Shown: positions 1-9,405 of the stretch, piece by piece
Numbering within the stretch: position 1 is the first letter of the stretch
Layout of the letters: every line of letters starts with the position of its first letter
DNA from: Sphingomonadaceae bacterium
Lineage (GTDB): Bacteria > Pseudomonadota > Alphaproteobacteria > Sphingomonadales > Sphingomonadaceae
DNA: 64,000 nucleotides
Assembly: GCA_024236195.1 (NCBI GenBank)
Contig: JACKKZ010000002.1
Location: forward strand, 10,805 to 74,804
Direction: 5' to 3'
Notes under the pieces: generated by a model
What the model was told of the DNA's origin: nothing
What the model saw: only the letters and a program-made list of their open reading frames with translations
Databases searched by the model: none
Position numbers and translations under genes: made by a program

Positions 1-152
1 AGCGCCATCCATCCACCCTTGATCGCGCCATGTTTTTGCAAGGCTTCGATCGCATATTGCGAGCAGGTGGGGGCATAGCGGCATGAAGGCGGCAAAATGC
101 GCGACGGGCCCCATTGCCAGGCCCGCGCGATGAAGATGAGGATATGCTTCAC
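1..152 (-). CDS. yidD: membrane protein insertion efficiency factor YidD (3' end runs off the window)
   Basis: Minus-strand translation from the GTG at 152 gives [50 protein letters not shown], which contains the conserved YidD CRxxPTCSxY core. The start forms a GTGA overlap with the rnpA stop. Gene order is the canonical rpmH-rnpA-yidD. Confidence 0.85.
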   Translation of the reverse strand, partial: MKHILIFIARAWQWGPSRILPPSCRYAPTCSQYAIEALQKHGAIKGGWMA

Positions 153-580
153 CGGCCGCGCCCGAAAGGCTTGCCACCGGGCTTACCCTTGCGCGGTTTG
201 CGCGGCGGATCGCCCTTGCCCTGTGCAGCGCGTTGCAATGCCATGGAAAGTTCCTCGCGCAGCTTGCCAAAATCCCGCTCGACCCCGCCTTCGCGACCGA
301 TGAGGATATGGTCATGCCCGGCCAGCCCTTCAAGCGGCAGCGCATCCCACAGCAATTCGCGAAAGCGCCGCTTCATCCGGTTGCGGACCACCGCATTGCC
401 GATCTTCTTGGTGACAGTGATGCCATAGCGCATGGATTCGCTACCGTTGGGCCGGGTAAGCAGCACAAAACCCGGCCGCGCCACCCGCACACCGCGATTC
501 GCGGCGAGGAAGTCCGCCCGCTTGCGGATGACGGAAAGCTTAGGTGAGGATTCGGGAACCATGGGTGCTACATACGCCAA
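149..580 (-). CDS. rnpA: ribonuclease P protein component
   Basis: 143-aa ORF with [11 protein letters not shown]...[23 protein letters not shown], the RnpA RNR-type motif, and a basic C-terminal tail. It lies downstream of rpmH. The exact start (M1 or M7) is uncertain. Confidence 0.9.
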   Translation of the reverse strand: MAYVAPMVPESSPKLSVIRKRADFLAANRGVRVARPGFVLLTRPNGSESMRYGITVTKKIGNAVVRNRMKRRFRELLWDALPLEGLAGHDHILIGREGGVERDFGKLREELSMALQRAAQGKGDPPRKPRKGKPGGKPFGRGR

Positions 581-687
581 CGGGCTCCCCTAAGGGAGCC
601 CGCAAGGCCGACTGGCCGCCCGCAGCCGCTCCGGCGAAGCCGGAAACTGCGGCGAGGACGCGAGCGCAGAGGCGCTCGCGCAAACAG

Positions 688-822
688 TTACGCGCTGAGG
701 TTCTTGCGACCGCGGCTGCGACGTGCGCGCAGGACCTTGCGGCCACCGACAGTGGCCTTGCGTGCGAAGAAACCGTGGCGGCGCTTGCGCACCAGGTTGG
801 AAGGCTGGAATGTCCGCTTCAT
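688..822 (-). CDS. rpmH: 50S ribosomal protein L34
   Basis: The internal Met of ORF 688..1011 gives [44 protein letters not shown] (44 aa), a near-textbook L34. The longer ORF-track start is rejected. Confidence 0.95.
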   Translation of the reverse strand: MKRTFQPSNLVRKRRHGFFARKATVGGRKVLRARRSRGRKNLSA

Positions 823-904
823 GTCGTCCTCAAAATTCCAATATTTGGCTAGCGCCAATAATAAAGGGCCGCCGATGCGGCGACCGCCATAAGTGAGCGC
901 GCGA

Positions 905-1735
905 TTAGAAGCTCGCGCCCCCCAAGTCAAGATAGGCCAGCTTCGGCGTAGCGTCTTTTTCTGCGGCCGGAGCCGCTTCACCCGACAGCCAGCCCCGCAT
1001 ATCGCCTGCATCGAGCCACTTGGCCTGCGAGAAGGGCACCGAATTGGTCATGTCGTAGAAGGCGCGAGCCTCTTCCTCGGACATGCCCATTTCGCGGTAA
1101 TAGTCCACATAGGCCCGGTTTTGCGGGGCATTGGGGGCGAAATCCTTCGCCTGACGGCCATAGACATCCATCCAGCTATGCACCGCGAACTGCGCGCCAT
1201 CCTCGATCTGGCGATTCGCACCGGCGAGGAACAATTCCACTCCGCCCGAACGAACCGAACCGCCAGCCGGGACACGGGTGGCGATGCCTGCTGCGCGAAT
1301 CATCCGCCCCAGCTGCATATTCGCCCCATCATCCGAGGTGCCGGGCACTTCGACGAGGTCGAGCACTTCAAGCTCAGGATAATCACGCAGCATTGCCGCA
1401 AAATGGGCCGGGGTCCGGGCATCGGTGAAGCTGACCAGTTCGGCCCGCTTCCCGTCCACGATCCGGAACGGTCCGTAATCAGCAACAAGCTGGGGTAGCG
1501 GCTCGGGCTGTGTGGTTACGAAACGTTCGGAACCGGGCATTGCGCGGAAAGCGGTTTCGTCTGCGGGTGCGGACACAGTCCGTACCGTGGTCGTTACTGA
1601 AGTCCGCACAGGTGCCTGCCCCGGGGTCTCCACCCATTCCTCTTCCGTGATCACTTCATAGACGACCTGCCGCGCCTGCGCGGGGGCGGCGAAGAAGGCA
1701 AGAAGGGCCATGGCGAGGGCGACAATGCTGCGCAT
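905..1735 (-). CDS. secreted hypothetical protein
   Basis: The start at Met14 of the ORF gives the signal peptide [21 protein letters not shown]. Codon usage is typical of the host. I could not recognise a family. Confidence 0.6.
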   Translation of the reverse strand: MRSIVALAMALLAFFAAPAQARQVVYEVITEEEWVETPGQAPVRTSVTTTVRTVSAPADETAFRAMPGSERFVTTQPEPLPQLVADYGPFRIVDGKRAELVSFTDARTPAHFAAMLRDYPELEVLDLVEVPGTSDDGANMQLGRMIRAAGIATRVPAGGSVRSGGVELFLAGANRQIEDGAQFAVHSWMDVYGRQAKDFAPNAPQNRAYVDYYREMGMSEEEARAFYDMTNSVPFSQAKWLDAGDMRGWLSGEAAPAAEKDATPKLAYLDLGGASF

Positions 1736-1915
1736 GGACACTGTAATGCCCTGCGCGCGTAACCGCTTTGCCAAGCGATATCCTTACAAAGAGGTTACGA
1801 AGCTGTGCCGTTGAGGGACGGTTCGGGGGCGGCGGGTTAACGCCGGATACGCTTCACTCTCGACTCCGCCCTGGAATCACGGCAGAAGGCAAGAGAACAA
1901 ACAGGGGGTAAGCGC

Positions 1916-3424
1916 TTGGTCGCTCTGGTTCGCACAGTTGCCTATCTCGGGCTGGAGGCTCGCCATGTTGAGGTGCAATGCCAGGTTGCGCCCGGCATGC
2001 CACGCTTCAACATCGTCGGGCTGGCGGACAAAGCCGTGGGCGAAAGCCGCGAACGGGTGCAGGCGGCGCTGTCTGCCATGGGGCTGGCCCTGCCGCCCAA
2101 GCGGATCACCATCAATCTCTCGCCCGCTGACCTGCCCAAGGAAGGCAGCCATTACGATTTGCCGATTGCGCTCGCCCTGCTGGGTGCGATGGGGGTGACC
2201 GATGCCGAACAGCTGACCGAATTCATCGCGGTGGGCGAACTGGCGCTGGACGGGCGGATCGTCCCCTCCCCCGGCGTGTTGCTCGCCGCGCTCCATGCCA
2301 GCGAGCAGGAATGCGGCCTGCTTTGCCCTGCCGCACAAGGGGCTGAAGCGCGCTGGGCGAGCGGGGTGCCGGTGGTGGCCGCGCCCGACCTGATCAGCCT
2401 GCTCAACCATCTGAAGGGCACGCAGGTCTTGCCTGAACCGAAGCAGGGCGAGATCGAACCAGCCGCGCCGGGGCCGGACCTCAAGCGGGTGAAAGGGCAG
2501 GAAACCGCCAAGCGCGCGCTGGAGATCGCGGCAGCGGGCGGGCACAATCTGCTGATGAATGGTCCGCCGGGTGCGGGCAAGAGCCTGCTCGCGAGCTGCC
2601 TGCCGGGAATCCTGCCCGAGCTAAGCCCGGCGGAGGCGCTGGAAGTCTCCATGGTGCAATCGGTCGCGGGACTGCTGGAGGGCGGGAAGATCAGCCGCAC
2701 ACGCCCGTTCCGCGCGCCGCATCATTCCGCCAGCATGGCCGCGCTCACCGGTGGCGGGCTGAAGGTGAAACCGGGCGAAGTCAGTCTCGCCCACCTCGGC
2801 GTGTTGTTCCTCGATGAACTGCCCGAATTCCAGCGCGCGGTGCTCGATTCTCTGCGCCAGCCACTGGAAACGGGCAGCGTCGATGTCGCGCGCGCCAATG
2901 CGCATGTGACGTTCCCTGCGCGAGTGCAGCTGGTGGCAGCGATGAACCCTTGCCGTTGCGGCCATCTGGGCGATCCGGCGCTGGCCTGCTCGCGCGCGCC
3001 GCGTTGTGCGGCGGATTATCAGAGCAAGGTCTCCGGCCCGCTGCTCGACCGGATTGACCTGCATGTGGAGGTGGACCCCGTCAGCGCCGCTGATCTGGCC
3101 CTGCCTCCGCCAGCAGAGGGCAGCGCGGAAGTGGCTGCCCGCGTGGCCGCCGCCCGCGCCATCCAGACCGCGCGCGGTGAAGAAAGCGGCGCGCGCACCA
3201 ATGCCGAGCTCGACGGCGACGCGCTGGAACGCTTCGCCACGCCTGACGATGCCGGGCAGAAATTGCTGATGCAGGCAGCGGATGCGATGCGCCTTTCCGC
3301 GCGCGGCTATACCAGGATGCTAAGAGTAGCGCGCACCATTGCGGACCTTGCCGGGGCGGCGCAGGTCGGGCGTATCCATATTGCCGAAGCGCTCAGCTAT
3401 CGCAGGCAGCCTCCGCGCGCCTGA
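1916..3424 (+). CDS. comM: YifB/ComM family Mg-chelatase-like AAA+ ATPase
   Basis: 502-aa ORF. It has an N-terminal Lon-protease-like fold (LGLEARHVEVQCQV..PRFNIVGLADKAVGESRERV), a Walker A motif (MNGPPGAGKS) and LFLDELPEF. The C-terminal region matches ComM. The start is TTG. Confidence 0.9.
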   Translation: MVALVRTVAYLGLEARHVEVQCQVAPGMPRFNIVGLADKAVGESRERVQAALSAMGLALPPKRITINLSPADLPKEGSHYDLPIALALLGAMGVTDAEQLTEFIAVGELALDGRIVPSPGVLLAALHASEQECGLLCPAAQGAEARWASGVPVVAAPDLISLLNHLKGTQVLPEPKQGEIEPAAPGPDLKRVKGQETAKRALEIAAAGGHNLLMNGPPGAGKSLLASCLPGILPELSPAEALEVSMVQSVAGLLEGGKISRTRPFRAPHHSASMAALTGGGLKVKPGEVSLAHLGVLFLDELPEFQRAVLDSLRQPLETGSVDVARANAHVTFPARVQLVAAMNPCRCGHLGDPALACSRAPRCAADYQSKVSGPLLDRIDLHVEVDPVSAADLALPPPAEGSAEVAARVAAARAIQTARGEESGARTNAELDGDALERFATPDDAGQKLLMQAADAMRLSARGYTRMLRVARTIADLAGAAQVGRIHIAEALSYRRQPPRA

Positions 3425-3436
3425 TCGAAGGGGCCC

Positions 3437-5017
3437 CTACCAGTCGACGATTTCGCCTTTGACTGCCTGCTTCTTCGCGCCCGCGATCCAGCCGACAAAA
3501 TGCGTCACATCGGTATAGACACCCGGCGTGTCGCGCAGCCCGCAGCCGGGGCCGAAAGATACCAGCCCGACAAGATAGGTAATCCCGCCCTTGCGCGTGA
3601 CCAGTGGACCGCCGCTGTCGCCCTTGCAGGAATCAACCCCACCCGGTGCCCCTGCGCAAAGCTGGCCAACCCCAACCGTCAGCCCGCGTTCGCGGAAATT
3701 GGGGTTGAAATTGCACTCGCTGCTGACCCGCAAGGTCAGGTCCGCCTGTTGCAGGATTGCCGAGAAATATTGCGGCTGACCAAAGCGATCCCTTACATCG
3801 GAAGTATTGAGCGTTTCGCCCGTCAGTCCCCAGCCCGTTACCCTCGCTTCCGTGCCTGAAGGGAAGCGCATGGAAACGCTTGGCGGCAGGGTCACCTGAT
3901 TGATCCCGCGACCCGTCGGTTTCTTGGTGAGGCGCAGCAAGGCAATATCATTGCCATCGCGCGCGCGGCGATAGCGCTTGTGCCGCACCACCGCGTCAAT
4001 CTCGAAGATCTGGCCGCCGTCATTAATTGTATCAGACCCCAGCCTGATCCGGCGCCCGTCAAAAAACAGGCTTTCGCGCCCACGCCAGTCGCCAATGCAA
4101 TGCGCGGCAGTGATCGCCCACCTGCCGCCAATATAGGCCGCCCCGCAAACATGGTTGTGCTGCCAGGAAGGCACTGGCTTGCCAAAATCCCTCAGGTCAA
4201 TGCTGCGCTGGCGCGGCGTCAGGTAGCTTTGCGCACTTTGCCCCGCACGCAGGATTTGCGCCTGCCACGGGGTTGCCCCGGCCGGAGCATCAATGCCCCT
4301 GATGAGTCGCTTGTAGCGGTCTTGCCAGAGATTGTAGAACCGTTCTTGCTCATTAGTGCAGACGGGCAATTGCGGCCCTGGCGCGGGAATCCAGCGGTCA
4401 CCGGGCCGCTCAACCCGGCAGCGCCATTCTTCATTCGGCGCAAACAGGGCAAAATGCAGGGCATCCGGACCGGCTACAGCCAGATATTCGGGCACAGCCC
4501 GCCATAAGTCAGGCTTGCGGACGTTGAGCATTTGCGCGAACTGCTGCGCCTGTTGCGGGCTGAGACCGGTGAGGAAATCGACCAGCTCCATCCCGCCCCC
4601 TGGCCGATCATCGAGCAGCAAGTCGACAAATATTCCGCGTCGCCCGACTGCGAGATTATCTGTGACCCGATACACTGCTGCCCGGGTCGGTGCATCGAGC
4701 GGGGCGAGCAAGATGCGCAGCGGACGGTCCTGTTCAGGCAGGATTTCCTGCCGGATCAGGACCCATGAGACGGCCTGCTCAGCAAAGGGATTATCGGGAT
4801 CAGGCTCGGCCGTCGGAAGAGTCCGAGGGACGATAACCGGTATCTCGTCCTCTTCCTCCTCCAGTGACGGGGGGCCGGGCAGCGGTTCCGGGAGGACCAC
4901 CACCGGGATCGCTCCGCCAGCGTCCAGAACCGCGTGGGGCAGGCCCTGCTCAGCGGCAGCTACGCCGTTGGGCAACGCCCCGGCCATTGCCAGAAAAGCT
5001 AGTGCAAGACGCTTCAT
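3437..5017 (-). CDS. secreted S1-family (trypsin-like) serine protease with a ~270-aa N-terminal domain of unknown function
   Basis: Signal peptide MKRLALAFLAMAGALPNGVAAA. The catalytic triad motifs are all present: WAITAAHC (His), NDIALLRL (Asp) and CKGDSGGPL (Ser). Confidence 0.8.
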   Translation of the reverse strand: MKRLALAFLAMAGALPNGVAAAEQGLPHAVLDAGGAIPVVVLPEPLPGPPSLEEEEDEIPVIVPRTLPTAEPDPDNPFAEQAVSWVLIRQEILPEQDRPLRILLAPLDAPTRAAVYRVTDNLAVGRRGIFVDLLLDDRPGGGMELVDFLTGLSPQQAQQFAQMLNVRKPDLWRAVPEYLAVAGPDALHFALFAPNEEWRCRVERPGDRWIPAPGPQLPVCTNEQERFYNLWQDRYKRLIRGIDAPAGATPWQAQILRAGQSAQSYLTPRQRSIDLRDFGKPVPSWQHNHVCGAAYIGGRWAITAAHCIGDWRGRESLFFDGRRIRLGSDTINDGGQIFEIDAVVRHKRYRRARDGNDIALLRLTKKPTGRGINQVTLPPSVSMRFPSGTEARVTGWGLTGETLNTSDVRDRFGQPQYFSAILQQADLTLRVSSECNFNPNFRERGLTVGVGQLCAGAPGGVDSCKGDSGGPLVTRKGGITYLVGLVSFGPGCGLRDTPGVYTDVTHFVGWIAGAKKQAVKGEIVDW

Positions 5018-5101
5018 TGCCCTTGCCCCGATCAGCCTGGCGGCTTCATCGGGCCGCGATCCGGGCCTTGCCAGCAAAACGCTGGCAGGGCCCGGAAAGG
5101 A

Positions 5102-5359
5102 TTAGCGGCCGATATCGTTGCCGCGGATTTCATCCTCTTCCTCAGCGGCAGGTGCGGGCGCAGCTGCCGTGTCACCTTCGGTCATGGCATCGGCCTCAGC
5201 GGCCCCTTCTTCCATCGCGCCTTCTTCCATGGTCGCATCTTCAGCTACCGCGGTTTCATCAGCCATGGTGTCTTCCGCAGCATCTTCCGCCGGAGCGGAA
5301 CAGGCAGCCAGGCCCAGCGCAAGGGCACCAGCGAGCGATACAAAACCAATTTTCTTCAT
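5102..5359 (-). CDS. small acidic lipoprotein
   Basis: Lipobox LALGLAAC after a short signal peptide. The mature part is Glu/Asp/Ala-rich low complexity. It starts 17 bp downstream of the TIR gene on the same strand. Confidence 0.55.
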   Translation of the reverse strand: MKKIGFVSLAGALALGLAACSAPAEDAAEDTMADETAVAEDATMEEGAMEEGAAEADAMTEGDTAAAPAPAAEEEDEIRGNDIGR

Positions 5360-5376
5360 GCTTTCCCCCGTATAAT

Positions 5377-7335
5377 CTATCCCTGCAGGAAGCCGAGATC
5401 GCGCAAGACTGCATCAAAGCGGGGTTCTTGTCGAATCGGGTCCAGCAGGGGATCGTTGAGCGCAAGGACCAGCCCGGAATCGCGCAATTGCCATGCCTGC
5501 TCAATTGCGGTCAGGGCGTCCGCTGACCGCCCCCATTGCGCCAGCACAACCGCTTGTTGGTAAAGCGAATTCTCGCCATATTCAGTTACCAGCTGGGCCA
5601 GCCGCACCTCACCTGCGGCAGCCCCCGACAGCTTGGCATCGGTCAAAGCCAGCCCGCACAGGCGCGACAAATTGCTCGGTTCCTGCTCGTAATGCGCCCG
5701 CGCCGACTCGGCATCGCCTGCCAGCCAGTCAATATCGCCGAGGAGCCGGTGTGCGACATTGACCTTTTCATTGAGCGACAAGGCCGTGCGCAGGGCACTG
5801 GTTGCTGCAGCATAATCACGCGCGGCAAATTCCACTGCGCCTTCGGTGCGAAAAACCGAGCTGTTGAGCGGATCGAGCCGTTCGGCACGCGCCACTGCTT
5901 CACGGGCATCATCAAAATCGCCCATGAACCCGGCATAAAGTGCAAAGCTGCCCAATATCCCGGCATTGCCATAACCCAGCTCGAAACTGGTGCGATAGGG
6001 CTGGCGCGCAGCCTGCATGTCGAGCTTGCCATTGGTAAGGATGAAGCCCAGCGCCGAATGGCCTTCGGCCAGATCCGGGGCCAGCCTGATCGCTTCGCGC
6101 GCCGATGCCATCGCGGCATCATAGGTGGCCTGCAATTGCGCGCCGGTGGAATAAGCGCTGCCGATCACCGTCAAGGCGCGCGACCGCGCCGCATGGGCCG
6201 CGGCATAGGCCGGATCGCGCGCAATCGCCGCATCGAAGGCCGCCAGCGCCGCGCGGTCCGAGGATTCGCTTGCCGCCAGATCATACAGCGCCACGCCTCT
6301 TAGAAAGTCATCCAGCGCCTGCGCATCGCGGGTTCCGCCGATCCGTTCGGTGCGGATCGTGTCATCGGCGGAGAGCGTAGCGACCAGCGCATCAGCGACC
6401 ATGGTTGCGATCTCGCCCTGCACCGCCAGCACATCGCGCAGGGGGCGTTCAAACACCTGTGACCATTGCTCCAGCCCGGTCCCGCCATTGACCAGCCGCG
6501 CGGCCACCCGCAGCCGGTCATCCCCGCGCCGAACGCTCCCTTCGAGGATAAAGGCCACACCCAGCGCCCTGGCGATTTCTTCGGCGCCCTTGCTGCCATC
6601 GCGGAACATGTTGGAGCTGGTTTGTGCGGCCACTTCGATCTGGCGATTAAGCGCCAGCGTCGCGCGCAATTCTTCAGCCAGCCCGTCAGAGAAATACTCC
6701 TGCTCCGGATCGCCGCTGAGATTGTCGAAAGCCATCACGGCGATGCTGGCATCATCCGGTCTGCTGCCACCCAGCAAGCCGCCGCGCCACAGCGCCAGCC
6801 CGGCCCCGGCGACCAGCACAGTCGATCCGCCAGCCAGCAACATCTTGCGGCGTGACAGGCCACCCGATGCCCCTTGCGCTGGGCCTGTGAAATTGAGTTG
6901 CGTGCCCGGTTCTGCCGCTACATGGCCGACAGCGCGCAGCAATTCAGTGAATTGCGCGGCGCTGGCATCACCCTTCCAGCCAGACAGGTCGATATACTGG
7001 ATCTGGCGAAAGCCAAGTGGCGGTTCGCTGCCGTCGAGCGAAACCGAGATCATGCAGCCCCGATCCCGGCCGCGGGTGGCTTCATCGCGCACCCAGTGGG
7101 ATTCGATCGAGCGGGCGCTCCACAGGACCACCACGACCTCTGCCTGTTCCAGCGCAGCCTCAGTGGTGTGCGAGAAGCGGTCACCCCCCGCCAGCAAGCC
7201 ATCCCACCACACGCTGATGCCATGGTCTTCCAAAGCCGCGATAATCGGCATGGCCGCTTCGCGGTCCTCGCGCGAGTAGCTCAGGAACACTGTATGTGTG
7301 GCTGCCGCAGTGGCCACCCAAGCCTCCCATACCAT
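5377..7335 (-). CDS. membrane-anchored TIR-domain protein with a TolB-like/TPR C-terminal region
   Basis: The N-terminal TIR signature is VFLSYSREDREAAMPIIAALEDHGISVWWD ... VVVVLWSARSIESHWVRDE, with the conserved Glu at residue 85. There is a single TM segment at residues ~164-183. It is followed by IAVMAFDNLSGDPEQEYFSDGLAEEL and about 350 aa of TPR-like Ala-rich repeats. Confidence 0.8.
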   Translation of the reverse strand: MVWEAWVATAAATHTVFLSYSREDREAAMPIIAALEDHGISVWWDGLLAGGDRFSHTTEAALEQAEVVVVLWSARSIESHWVRDEATRGRDRGCMISVSLDGSEPPLGFRQIQYIDLSGWKGDASAAQFTELLRAVGHVAAEPGTQLNFTGPAQGASGGLSRRKMLLAGGSTVLVAGAGLALWRGGLLGGSRPDDASIAVMAFDNLSGDPEQEYFSDGLAEELRATLALNRQIEVAAQTSSNMFRDGSKGAEEIARALGVAFILEGSVRRGDDRLRVAARLVNGGTGLEQWSQVFERPLRDVLAVQGEIATMVADALVATLSADDTIRTERIGGTRDAQALDDFLRGVALYDLAASESSDRAALAAFDAAIARDPAYAAAHAARSRALTVIGSAYSTGAQLQATYDAAMASAREAIRLAPDLAEGHSALGFILTNGKLDMQAARQPYRTSFELGYGNAGILGSFALYAGFMGDFDDAREAVARAERLDPLNSSVFRTEGAVEFAARDYAAATSALRTALSLNEKVNVAHRLLGDIDWLAGDAESARAHYEQEPSNLSRLCGLALTDAKLSGAAAGEVRLAQLVTEYGENSLYQQAVVLAQWGRSADALTAIEQAWQLRDSGLVLALNDPLLDPIRQEPRFDAVLRDLGFLQG

Positions 7336-7428
7336 TACAGGGGTTTGCTTAGTTGCTTCTGCCTACTATCGCTTGAGCTGACAAGCCCGCTGGCGGGCTG
7401 CCAGCGAAGGGGAGCATAACAAGCGATC
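7336..7428. promoter_or_regulatory. 93-bp divergent intergenic region shared by the TIR gene and the SLOG/SLATT gene
   Basis: This is the only non-coding DNA between the two start codons, so it must contain both promoters. It contains the small palindrome AGCCCGC-TG-GCGGGCT. Confidence 0.5.
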
Positions 7429-9387
7429 ATGGCACATGTCCCGCCACCGCCCGTGCCCCGCCTGTGCCTGGGCGTTACCGGCCATCGCGATACCCATCCC
7501 TTGCTGGCTGGAAAGCGCCCGCAGGTAGAGCAGGTATTCAATGAAATATGCGACCGGATCACTGCCGCGATTGCGAATGAGGCCCAAACGCTGGGGGATG
7601 TCGCGCCGGTCCGCTTGCATGGTGTGCTGGCTGACGGAACGGATCGGCTGGCGGCAGAAGCTGGCGCAGCGCGCAATTGGGACCTGGTGGCACCGCTGCC
7701 TTGCGGGCGCGATTTCTACACTGCCATTGCCAGCCTGCCTGCTGACGGGGCAGACGTGCGGGCGCTGCTGGCAGGCAAGGATGCGCAAGCCCCTGATGTG
7801 CAACAGCGCGCGGCTGCGCTGCGCGCATGGCTGGGCCGGGTGCGCCTGTTCGAACTGGCCGAATGCGATGCCAAGCTGTCCCCCTTCCTGCTGGCGACCG
7901 TAGATGATCCCGACAATGCAGAAGCTGCCCGCCAGTTTGAATGGCACTTGTCCGAACGGGTAGCGATGGCCGGGCGGGTGATGATCGAGCAATCCGATTT
8001 CCTGATCGCCGTATGGGACGGTGCCCTGCGCAATTTGCCCGGCGGCACCGGCCACACCATCAATGAAGCCTTGCATCAGGGTGCCGCTGTGGTGCGGATC
8101 GACCCGGCTGATCCGGGCAATTGGCATATCCTCCATGCACCGGAAGAGCTCCATGCCAATCCATCGACCGAAGGGCGCGAAGACGCCTTGGCCGCGCTGG
8201 TGCGCACAGCCCTGCGCCCTGGCGAAGGCGGTGCGTTGCGCGCTGGCGCGACAGCACTCGGCAATGAAGCCTGGCATCCGCGCAGCCACCCGCTGGCCAA
8301 TGCCTATCGCCGGGTCGAAGTGCTGTTTGACGGCGAAGGGCGTCCCTTCCGCTCGCTGAAAGAGGAATATGAAGCGCCGGAGGCCATCGCCAATGGCAGC
8401 GCAGCCGCGACGATGCAGGCCATTCGCGACCTGCCGAGGCTGGAGGCGGATTTTGCCACTCGGGTGGACCAGGCCGCGCTGCGCCGCTTTGCCTGGGCTG
8501 ACGGGATATCGACCTGGCTTTCCGATGCCTATCGCGGCGGGATGATCGCCAATTTCGTCCTTTCTGCTCTCGCGATTACCGCCGGGTTGGCCTACCAGCC
8601 GCTGGGGCTTGGCAAATGGCCCTTCGCGCTCGCTGAATTCCTGTTGCTCTCCACCATTGTCACCATCACCGCCTTGGGTGTGAAACGCCGCTGGCACACG
8701 CGCTGGTTTGCCACGCGCCGGGTGGCCGAATATCTGCGCCATTCGCCGATCCTGCAGGCGCTGGGCGTGGCCCGCCCGGCCGGGCGCTGGCCTCAGGGGA
8801 TCAAGACCAGCTGGCCCGAATATTATGCCCGCGCCGGCTGGCGCGAAGTCGGCTTGCCCGAAGTGGCGGTAACGCCGGACTATCTGCGCAGCGCGCTGTC
8901 AGATCTGCTGGCCCGGCATGTGCAAGATCAGCGTGACTATCACCGCAACAAATCGCGGCGGCTGCACCGCATCCATCACCGGCTGGACAAGATTTCGGAA
9001 TGGCTGTTCATCCTCGCCGTGCTGTCAGTCTCCGCCTATTTGCTGGTCGAACTTGGCGCGGCGCTGGGGTGGCTGGCAGCAGACCTGCCCTATCTCATTG
9101 CCAAGCCTGCAACCTTCCTGGGCGTGGCCTTCCCGACCTTTGGCGCGGCGCTGGCCGGAATGCGCTATTTCGGCGATTTCGAACGCTTTGCCAGCATTTC
9201 GCAAATGACCGCCGAGAAGCTGGACGGGATCGACCAGCGGATCACCCTGCTGCTCTCCGCAGAAAATAACTGCCTCACCTATGGCGAAGCGAGCGAGCTC
9301 GCCCATGCAGCCGATGCCGTGGTGGTGAGCGAGATCGAAAGCTGGCAGTCCGTGTTTGGCGGCAAACACATCACTGTGCCGGTTTGA
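7429..9387 (+). CDS. LOG/SLOG-like nucleotide-binding domain fused to two 2-TM SLATT-like modules (predicted membrane effector)
   Basis: Residues ~12-230 carry LGVTGHR, LADGTDRLAAE and FLIAVWDG-x6-PGGTGHTINEA, which resembles the PGGxGT..E signature of the LOG/SLOG Rossmann fold. There are hydrophobic hairpins at residues ~370-418 and ~523-580. They are flanked by basic helices (KRRWHTRWFATRR; DYHRNKSRRLHRIHHRLDK), as in SLATT/DUF4231 domains. The CDS call is strong. The domain call is made by eye. Confidence 0.7.
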   Translation: MAHVPPPPVPRLCLGVTGHRDTHPLLAGKRPQVEQVFNEICDRITAAIANEAQTLGDVAPVRLHGVLADGTDRLAAEAGAARNWDLVAPLPCGRDFYTAIASLPADGADVRALLAGKDAQAPDVQQRAAALRAWLGRVRLFELAECDAKLSPFLLATVDDPDNAEAARQFEWHLSERVAMAGRVMIEQSDFLIAVWDGALRNLPGGTGHTINEALHQGAAVVRIDPADPGNWHILHAPEELHANPSTEGREDALAALVRTALRPGEGGALRAGATALGNEAWHPRSHPLANAYRRVEVLFDGEGRPFRSLKEEYEAPEAIANGSAAATMQAIRDLPRLEADFATRVDQAALRRFAWADGISTWLSDAYRGGMIANFVLSALAITAGLAYQPLGLGKWPFALAEFLLLSTIVTITALGVKRRWHTRWFATRRVAEYLRHSPILQALGVARPAGRWPQGIKTSWPEYYARAGWREVGLPEVAVTPDYLRSALSDLLARHVQDQRDYHRNKSRRLHRIHHRLDKISEWLFILAVLSVSAYLLVELGAALGWLAADLPYLIAKPATFLGVAFPTFGAALAGMRYFGDFERFASISQMTAEKLDGIDQRITLLLSAENNCLTYGEASELAHAADAVVVSEIESWQSVFGGKHITVPV

Positions 9388-9405
9388 CCAGGATCTGGTG
9401 GCGGC

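Noticed and set aside
582-601. The hairpin GGGCTCCC-CTAA-GGGAGCCC, and a second GCGAGCGC-CTCT-GCGCTCGC stem, between rpmH and rnpA as possible terminators.
   Set aside because: Neither is followed by a U-run, and rpmH-rnpA is normally co-transcribed. They may be processing or attenuation structures, but I cannot support a terminator call.
7366-8742. 458-aa ORF on the minus strand, antisense to the SLOG/SLATT gene.
   Set aside because: It is a typical high-GC shadow ORF. It is Arg/Gly/Pro/His-rich with no recognisable motif, and it lies fully inside a sense ORF that has clear domain signatures and TM segments.
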